Positions 57,808 through 64,000 of a DNA stretch of 64,000 bases are shown piece after piece. Both the position numbers and the translations under genes were made by a program. The notes beneath the pieces were generated by a model, which made no database searches, was not told the origin of the DNA, and was given only the letters and a program-made list of their open reading frames with translations. Position 1 is the first letter of the stretch. Every line of letters starts with the position of its first letter. This stretch comes from an uncultured Bacteriovoracaceae bacterium (GTDB lineage: Bacteria > Bdellovibrionota > Bacteriovoracia > Bacteriovoracales > Bacteriovoracaceae), in the NCBI GenBank assembly GCA_964012805.1, contig CAXGUD010000020.1, positions 1-64,000 of the forward strand, written 5' to 3'.

Positions 57808-57836
57808 TTGCAAATATAGGTGAAAATAGGTATTTT
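57808..57836 (+). promoter_or_regulatory. Possible sigma-70 promoter
   Basis: TTGCAA-N17-TATTTT in the intergenic gap. Confidence 0.35.
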
Positions 57837-57876
57837 ACTGCTCTGAAGAATAACCTCCTTTACCCAAGGTTAATCA

Positions 57877-58842
57877 ATGAGCAAGCAATACTATTTTTTT
57901 AAACTTTTAAGTTTAAGCTTCTTGTCTTTTTCGATACTTACTTCATTAAAATCAGAGGCAGTTTTAATTGATAAGACTCTAGCAATTTTCAATGAACAAA
58001 TTATAACTCAATCAATGACTCAAAGGGTACGTGATACATACGAAACAAGAAAATTTCTCGCCCCACATATCTATACAAATGATACCTCCAAACCCAACTA
58101 TTTTATTGATCTTATTATTAATCGATTTCTCATTAGGGACAAACTCAAAAAAGCTGGTATCGAAATTTCAGACAGAGCAGTGGATGACAGAATCAACATG
58201 ATTAAAAGTAACTTCAAACTAAATCATGATCAACTTCTTTCTTTTCTAGATAACAAAGGAATTTCTTATAAGGAATATTTTGAAGTAATGAGAGAAGGTA
58301 TTGAATACCAGCAGTTTTTTTTAAAACATATTACCCCGTTAGTGAATGTTAGCGACCAAGAACTTAAAAATTTATTTATTAAAAAACAATCCACAAATAA
58401 AACAATCTCTTTTAGTTACTACCTGGTTAGTTATTCTTTTCAATCAAAAACAGAAAGTACCGTTAATAAGAAAAAGCTTTTAGACGTCATTAAAAAATAT
58501 CATACGACAGGAATACTTCCTAGCAGCTTTTCAAACTTGGAAAAACTGGACCTTGGTGATTTAAATGAAGAAGCATTAAGTAAAAATATTCAAACAATAC
58601 TTAAACCCCTAGGAGAAGGAGAGTTTTCCTTTCCTTATTATAGCAATGGTAAACTTACTTCTTTTTTTATTAAAGAGAAAAACCTTAAAGAAAGCAATTC
58701 CTTTAAAAACAGTAAGAAAGTATTAAAAGAAGAATTATTTGGAAAGAAATCAAAAAAAGTAATGACTTCTTGGATAAAAAGGGAAAGAAACCAATATCAT
58801 ATTAAATATTTTCTCAACCCTTTAAAAGTAAAAAGCAAATGA
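57877..58842 (+). CDS. SurA-like periplasmic chaperone (degenerate PPIase domain)
   Basis: Signal peptide; IDKTLAIFNEQIIT N-domain; DLG remnant; upstream of pdxA as surA usually is. Confidence 0.7.
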   Translation: MSKQYYFFKLLSLSFLSFSILTSLKSEAVLIDKTLAIFNEQIITQSMTQRVRDTYETRKFLAPHIYTNDTSKPNYFIDLIINRFLIRDKLKKAGIEISDRAVDDRINMIKSNFKLNHDQLLSFLDNKGISYKEYFEVMREGIEYQQFFLKHITPLVNVSDQELKNLFIKKQSTNKTISFSYYLVSYSFQSKTESTVNKKKLLDVIKKYHTTGILPSSFSNLEKLDLGDLNEEALSKNIQTILKPLGEGEFSFPYYSNGKLTSFFIKEKNLKESNSFKNSKKVLKEELFGKKSKKVMTSWIKRERNQYHIKYFLNPLKVKSK

Positions 58843-59774
58843 TTCTAGTTACACAAGGCCATGAAAATTCTATTTCTATAGAAGTATTTTTAAAAAGTTT
58901 TCTTCTCTTATCACCACCAGAGCAAAAGAATATCCTTTTTTTTGTTTTCAAAGAGTCTCTTGAAAAAACTTTAAACTTACTGAAACTGAATTATACCTTC
59001 TCTAATAAATCTGTTCTTATTGGTCAATCTCTTCTTAAGTGTTCTTTTTTAGAAAAGGTTGCAGTGCCTGAGTCAAGTGTGGCATTAATAGAAGCGATAA
59101 AATTTATAAATAATGAAAAGGACATATTATTAACCCTTCCAACCTCAAAAGATCAACTTTACTTTGAAAGAAAACTTGTAAAGGGTCATACAGAGTTTTT
59201 AAGAAGCTATTTTAAAAAAGAAAACTTATCAATGGTTTTCTCTGCAAATAATGAAAATATATTATTAATTTCAGATCACATCCCTCTAAGTCAAGTTTCC
59301 AAGTTCATAAAATCCAACGTTATTATAGAAAAAGTTTCTGATTCAATTGTCCACTTCAAACAATACTTCGGCCCTATAACTGAAGTTTTTATTTCAGGAC
59401 TAAATCCACATGCAGGTGAAAATGGACTTCTTGGGGAGGAAGAACAAGAAATACAAACCGCTATAGCGAATCTTAAAGACATCTTCCCTCATATAAAATT
59501 TGAAGGACCAATCCCTGGCGATGGAATTCACCTTAAAAAAACTAAAAAAGAAGCTCATCAACTCTACGTTTATATGTACCATGATCAAGGGCTATCTCCC
59601 TTCAAACAAAAACATGGCTTAGTTGGACTTCATATGACTTTTGGCCTCCCTTTTCTACGAATGAGTGTTGATCACGGAACAGGCTTTGACATTTATGGAA
59701 AAAGAAAAGCGAATCCCATTGGTTGCTACCATCTTCTAAAAAAATCACTTAATATTCAAAATAAACTTCTCTAA
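58839..59774 (+). CDS. pdxA: 4-hydroxythreonine-4-phosphate dehydrogenase PdxA family
   Basis: GHTE, HIPL, GLNPHAGE, MYHDQG and GLPFLRMSVDHGT motifs. Confidence 0.92.
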   Translation: MILVTQGHENSISIEVFLKSFLLLSPPEQKNILFFVFKESLEKTLNLLKLNYTFSNKSVLIGQSLLKCSFLEKVAVPESSVALIEAIKFINNEKDILLTLPTSKDQLYFERKLVKGHTEFLRSYFKKENLSMVFSANNENILLISDHIPLSQVSKFIKSNVIIEKVSDSIVHFKQYFGPITEVFISGLNPHAGENGLLGEEEQEIQTAIANLKDIFPHIKFEGPIPGDGIHLKKTKKEAHQLYVYMYHDQGLSPFKQKHGLVGLHMTFGLPFLRMSVDHGTGFDIYGKRKANPIGCYHLLKKSLNIQNKLL

Positions 59775-59798
59775 TTTCCTCAATGGACTTTTATTTTT

Positions 59799-62618
59799 AT
59801 GACTAAAAATGACCATATCATAATAAACAAAGCCAAAGTTCATAATTTAAAAAACATTAGCTTAGAGATTCCTAAGAATGCGATTACAGTAATAACAGGC
59901 CCTTCAGGCTCTGGAAAATCGTCACTAGCTTTTGATACACTCTTTGCTGAAGGGCAAAGAAGATATATAGAGTCACTTTCTACATATGCCAAACAGTTTA
60001 TTGGAAAAATGCAACCACCAGATGTGGAATCTATTTCAGGTCTTTCGCCCTCAATTAGTATCGATCAAAAATCTATCATACAAAACCCTAGATCTACAGT
60101 TGGAACAACAACTGAAATATTTGATTACCTAAGACTTCTCTTTTCAAAAATAGGTGACTTATATTGCATAGAAACAGGGGATAAAATTTTTAAAAGTTCA
60201 CCAAATTCAATTGTAAAAAGTATTTTAAGTTTTGAACACAAAACCAAAATACAAATATTGGCTCCACTTATACATAATAAGAAAGGTGACTTTACTCACG
60301 AGCTTTCCAAATGTTCAACTATGGGTTTTTCCAAAGTCTATATTAATAAAATTTTATTTCAATTAAGTGATAAATACTCTTTCGACAAACAAAAAAATTA
60401 CTCTATTGACCTTGTAGTTGATAGGGTTCTTGTTAAAAAAGATATTGAAAAAAGATTATTCGATTCAGTTGAGTATGCTCTAAAATTAGGTCAAGGTGTT
60501 ATTAAATATTTAGTAGGTGAAGATAATGATGAATATATTTTTAGTGAACATTATATGTCACCAAAAATTAACAAAATATATCCTAATTTGGATCCCAAAC
60601 TTTTTTCTTTTAACTCTCCTTTAGGAGCCTGCAAAAAATGTAATGGGTTGGGGGAGTTAAAAACTTTTGATCCTGATTTAATTATAAAAAATCCTAACTT
60701 AAGTTTAAATCAAAATCCTTTCTCCGATATCATTGATAAAAACTCATTTTTTTATCAAATGATAAAAACATTTTTTATTAAAGAAAAAATTAGCCTTGAT
60801 GAACCTTATAAAAATCTTAAAATAGATCAAAAAAATACAATTTGGAAAGGTAGTAAAAAGAAATACCATTTCTCCTTTGAAGATGAAAATACTAGTTACG
60901 ATTTTAAAAAAGAATTTCCAGGTATTATTGAATGGCTAAACAAAAAAATTTCTGAAACAAAATCATCAAAACTTATTCAACATTATGAGATATTTCAAAA
61001 AAACTCTTACTGTGAAATTTGTAATGGACAAAGACTAAATCCTATTGCTTTAAATACTAAAATATCTAGCAAAAATATAATGGAATTATCCTCTTTATCA
61101 ATTAAAGATCTCCTTATTTTTTTTAAAAACTTAAAATTGGAAAAAAATAAAAAACAAATTTCAAAAAAAATAATAAAAGAAATAATTAGTAGATTAACAT
61201 TTTTAGAAGATGTGGGTCTCAGCTACCTTAGTTTATCTAGAAAATCTAACTCTTTATCAGGTGGAGAATCTCAAAGGATACGATTAGCAACGCAAATAGG
61301 CTCTACTCTTTCCGGGGTTCTCTATGTACTAGATGAACCAAGCATTGGACTCCATCAAAAAGATAATCATCTTATTATTCAAACTTTAAAAAACTTAAAG
61401 GAACTTGGTAATACGGTCATAGTTGTAGAACATGAAGTTGAAACTATGTATTCCTCAGACTTTATTGTTGATATGGGCCCTAATGCTGGTATTAAAGGTG
61501 GAGAAATTGTAGCCCAGGGAACTATCGATGAAATTAAAAAAAATAAAAATTCAGAAACTGGAATGTATCTTTCTAAAAAGAAAATAATAAAAATTCCATC
61601 AAAACGAAAATTATTATCTAAATTTGTTGAAATTGAAGGCGCATCTTTACACAATATAAATAACCTCAATATTAAATTTCCATTAGAAGGATTCGTTTGT
61701 GTAACAGGTGTCAGTGGTTCTGGAAAAACAACACTTTTAAATAAAATACTCCTTCCTGGGATGAAAAAAGCCGTCTCTGAAAAAACTGACACTATAAAAA
61801 ACTCATTATTTTTTAAAAGTATGTCCGGTGCTAAAGCGATTCAAAGCATTGTTGAGTTAGACCAATCTTCAATAGGCAAATCTCCAAAATCAAATCCTTC
61901 TACATATACAGGTCTTTTTAATGATATAAGAAAACTTTTTTCAGAAACACCAGAGTCAAAAATTCGTGGTTATTCTCCTAATAGATTTAGTTTTAATATC
62001 AAAGGTGGAAGATGCGAGGAATGTGAAGGTAATGGACAGAAAAAAATTGAAATGCATTTCCTACCAGACCTATACGTCCTCTGTAACGAATGTAATGGAC
62101 AGAAATTCAATAAAGAAACTCTTTCAATTATCTATAAAGGAAAGAATATCTCTGAGGTTTTAAACTTTACTGTAGATGAAGGTCTTATATTTTTCCAAAA
62201 TCATATGCGTTTAAACAGGATACTTTCTACATTATCAAATATAGGTTTAGGATATCTTAAACTTGGACAACCAGGAAACACTCTATCTGGAGGGGAAGCG
62301 CAAAGGCTAAAATTGGCCAAAGAATTATCTAAAAAAACCAAGGGCAACTGTCTTTATATATTGGATGAACCAACTACAGGCCTGCACTTTAAGGATATAG
62401 ATATTTTGATTAAAGCATTATTTAAACTTATTAGTGATGGCCACTCAATTTTTATTATTGAACATAATTTAGAAGTCATTAAAATGGCTGACCATGTCAT
62501 AGACCTGGGTCCGGGAGGAGGGGATAAGGGAGGGAAAGTTGTTGCTCAAGGAACTCCTGAAGAAATTAGCACGAAAAAAAACTCTTATACTGGCCAATTT
62601 CTAAAAGCTCTTCTATAG
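59799..62618 (+). CDS. uvrA: Excinuclease ABC subunit A
   Basis: [33 protein letters not shown], second Walker A GVSGSGKT and LDEPTTGLH motifs. Confidence 0.97.
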   Translation: MTKNDHIIINKAKVHNLKNISLEIPKNAITVITGPSGSGKSSLAFDTLFAEGQRRYIESLSTYAKQFIGKMQPPDVESISGLSPSISIDQKSIIQNPRSTVGTTTEIFDYLRLLFSKIGDLYCIETGDKIFKSSPNSIVKSILSFEHKTKIQILAPLIHNKKGDFTHELSKCSTMGFSKVYINKILFQLSDKYSFDKQKNYSIDLVVDRVLVKKDIEKRLFDSVEYALKLGQGVIKYLVGEDNDEYIFSEHYMSPKINKIYPNLDPKLFSFNSPLGACKKCNGLGELKTFDPDLIIKNPNLSLNQNPFSDIIDKNSFFYQMIKTFFIKEKISLDEPYKNLKIDQKNTIWKGSKKKYHFSFEDENTSYDFKKEFPGIIEWLNKKISETKSSKLIQHYEIFQKNSYCEICNGQRLNPIALNTKISSKNIMELSSLSIKDLLIFFKNLKLEKNKKQISKKIIKEIISRLTFLEDVGLSYLSLSRKSNSLSGGESQRIRLATQIGSTLSGVLYVLDEPSIGLHQKDNHLIIQTLKNLKELGNTVIVVEHEVETMYSSDFIVDMGPNAGIKGGEIVAQGTIDEIKKNKNSETGMYLSKKKIIKIPSKRKLLSKFVEIEGASLHNINNLNIKFPLEGFVCVTGVSGSGKTTLLNKILLPGMKKAVSEKTDTIKNSLFFKSMSGAKAIQSIVELDQSSIGKSPKSNPSTYTGLFNDIRKLFSETPESKIRGYSPNRFSFNIKGGRCEECEGNGQKKIEMHFLPDLYVLCNECNGQKFNKETLSIIYKGKNISEVLNFTVDEGLIFFQNHMRLNRILSTLSNIGLGYLKLGQPGNTLSGGEAQRLKLAKELSKKTKGNCLYILDEPTTGLHFKDIDILIKALFKLISDGHSIFIIEHNLEVIKMADHVIDLGPGGGDKGGKVVAQGTPEEISTKKNSYTGQFLKALL

Positions 62619-62625
62619 ACTCTTA

Positions 62626-63414
62626 ATGGATAAATCAAAAACTATTTCTACTCTAGATGACCCTTCAATTAAAGAGTTTATCAATTTAAAAAACTTCTGC
62701 TTGGAAAAAGAGAATAGTATTTGTGCTCAAAGTGAAAAAGTGATTCTGAAGCTTTTGAACAGTCATATTAATATCAAAAAGATTCTCGCTTCTGAGGATT
62801 TTTTTAAAGCTTATTACCACCTCATTAAAAAACGCGATTCTAAAATAGAACTTTTATTAGCAAACAAGAGTCTTCTCTCTCAAATAATTGGTTATAATCA
62901 TCATAAAGGAGTCTTCGCTCTTGCTGAAAAGCCTCCGTTTACTCCAATTCCCCACCTAGGCCCGAATATTCTTATTTTTAACGGACTAACAAGCCCTGAA
63001 AACGTTGGAACTCTTTGTAGAACAGCAGCTGCATTTAACATCAATAGTTTAATATTTGATCACAAATCAGCTAGCCCTTATTTAAAAAGGTCCATAAGGG
63101 TTTCTATGGGGAACGTTTTTAAATTAAAAATTCACTATAGTCATAATCTTGAAGAAGACTTAAGAAGTATCAAAGCAATGGGTTACCAAGTTATTGGAAC
63201 AGGGAATGAGGTGGACTCAAAACCGATGACTTCTCAATATTTCCAAGGAAAAAATGCCCTAATTATAGGAAGTGAAGGACATGGAATGGACCTAGAAATT
63301 AGAGCCTTATGCAATCACACCCTAAAAATTAAAATCAATGAAGAGGTAAAACACCTTAATGCAAGTGCCGCCGGTGCTATTTTCCTTCATGAAGCTTCCA
63401 AGAGCTTTTTTTAA
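62626..63414 (+). CDS. TrmH/SpoU-family RNA methyltransferase
   Basis: PENVGTLCRTA, IGSEGHG and LNASAA motifs. Confidence 0.88.
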   Translation: MDKSKTISTLDDPSIKEFINLKNFCLEKENSICAQSEKVILKLLNSHINIKKILASEDFFKAYYHLIKKRDSKIELLLANKSLLSQIIGYNHHKGVFALAEKPPFTPIPHLGPNILIFNGLTSPENVGTLCRTAAAFNINSLIFDHKSASPYLKRSIRVSMGNVFKLKIHYSHNLEEDLRSIKAMGYQVIGTGNEVDSKPMTSQYFQGKNALIIGSEGHGMDLEIRALCNHTLKIKINEEVKHLNASAAGAIFLHEASKSFF

Positions 63415-63417
63415 AAT

Positions 63418-63897
63418 TTAAAGGTCATTAGTCCTAAAGCTTTCTAATAAACTTGTCATTTCTATAGCAGTCAAGGCAGCTTCCCAACCTTTATTACCAG
63501 CTTTCGTACCGGCCCTTTCAATTGCCTGCTCTATAGTATCAGTAGTTAAAACACCAAAGGCTATTGGTACAGAAGTATCAAGGTTGATACGTGATATCCC
63601 CTTGGCTACCTCAGAACAAACATAATCATAATGAGAGGTACTTCCTCTTATCACAGCACCCAAACAAACTACTGCGTCATAGTTGCCGGTTTCTGCCATT
63701 TTTTTTGCAAGCAATGGAATTTCAAAAGCGCCAGGAACCCAAGCTACATGAATATCTTCTTTTTCCGCCTGGTGCCGGTATAAGCAGTCCAAAGTTCCTT
63801 GCAATAATTTACCCGAAATAAACTCATTGAACCGGCTTACTACAACACCAAAACGCTTATTCTTGGCTACTAATTTACCTTCATAAACTTTTTCCAT
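63418..63897 (-). CDS. ribH: 6,7-dimethyl-8-ribityllumazine synthase
   Basis: [26 protein letters not shown] and [14 protein letters not shown] motifs. Confidence 0.97.
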   Translation of the reverse strand: MEKVYEGKLVAKNKRFGVVVSRFNEFISGKLLQGTLDCLYRHQAEKEDIHVAWVPGAFEIPLLAKKMAETGNYDAVVCLGAVIRGSTSHYDYVCSEVAKGISRINLDTSVPIAFGVLTTDTIEQAIERAGTKAGNKGWEAALTAIEMTSLLESFRTNDL

Positions 63898-63913
63898 ATC
63901 GCCCTCTAAGTTT

Positions 63914-64000
63914 TTATAAATGATTTAAAATTTGATGTCCCATTTTATCTCTTTTAGCTTCCAAATATTTTAGATTTGTTTCATTTGGAAAAATCTCAAG
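63914..64000 (-). CDS. C-terminus of GTP cyclohydrolase II (RibA or RibBA), cut by window edge
   Basis: Hand translation [36 protein letters not shown] is the RibA tail; upstream of ribH. Confidence 0.8.
   Translation of the reverse strand, partial: LEIFPNETNLKYLEAKRDKMGHQILNHL

Noticed and set aside
1119..63821. Numerous 60-137 aa ORFs antisense to or nested within long genes (e.g. 11261-11647, 34666-35046, 36586-36927, 61379-61792)
   Set aside because: Shadow frames of well-supported genes, with no motifs of their own.
1..64000. CRISPR array, IS element or rRNA
   Set aside because: No regularly spaced direct repeats, transposase motifs or rRNA-like sequence seen; nearly all of the window is accounted for by genes.

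Overview
AT-rich bacterial core-genome window, most consistent with a predatory Bdellovibrionota (Bacteriovoracales/Halobacteriovorax-like) organism. This is inferred from the short flagellin, PilZ proteins, dnaX-ybaB-recR-mglB-mglA synteny, RNase J and LPS genes. The window holds recN and lpxH, a sigma-28-type flagellin, prmA/rsmE, rnj, and a dcw cluster (rsmH to ftsZ) that lacks mraZ, murG and ddl and has an atypical MurD. It also holds mglBA, dnaX, SRP RNA, tadA, four tRNAs, serS, mfd, two periplasmic foldases, pdxA, uvrA and ribH. I found no mobile element or CRISPR array. The main finding is at 38.5-53.2 kb. A complex I operon encoding only the membrane arm (nuoA-H-J-K-L-M-N, no B/C/D/E/F/G/I) is followed directly by a second set of the same seven genes in the same order. 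The second set is extremely diverged and AT-rich but has no internal stops or frameshifts, and it has lost many canonical proton-pumping and quinone-site residues. It runs on into a 1052-aa GYF-like/TM/TPR envelope protein. This is a candidate repurposed 'pseudo-complex I' membrane module. All family calls come from motif reading by eye; no searches were run.
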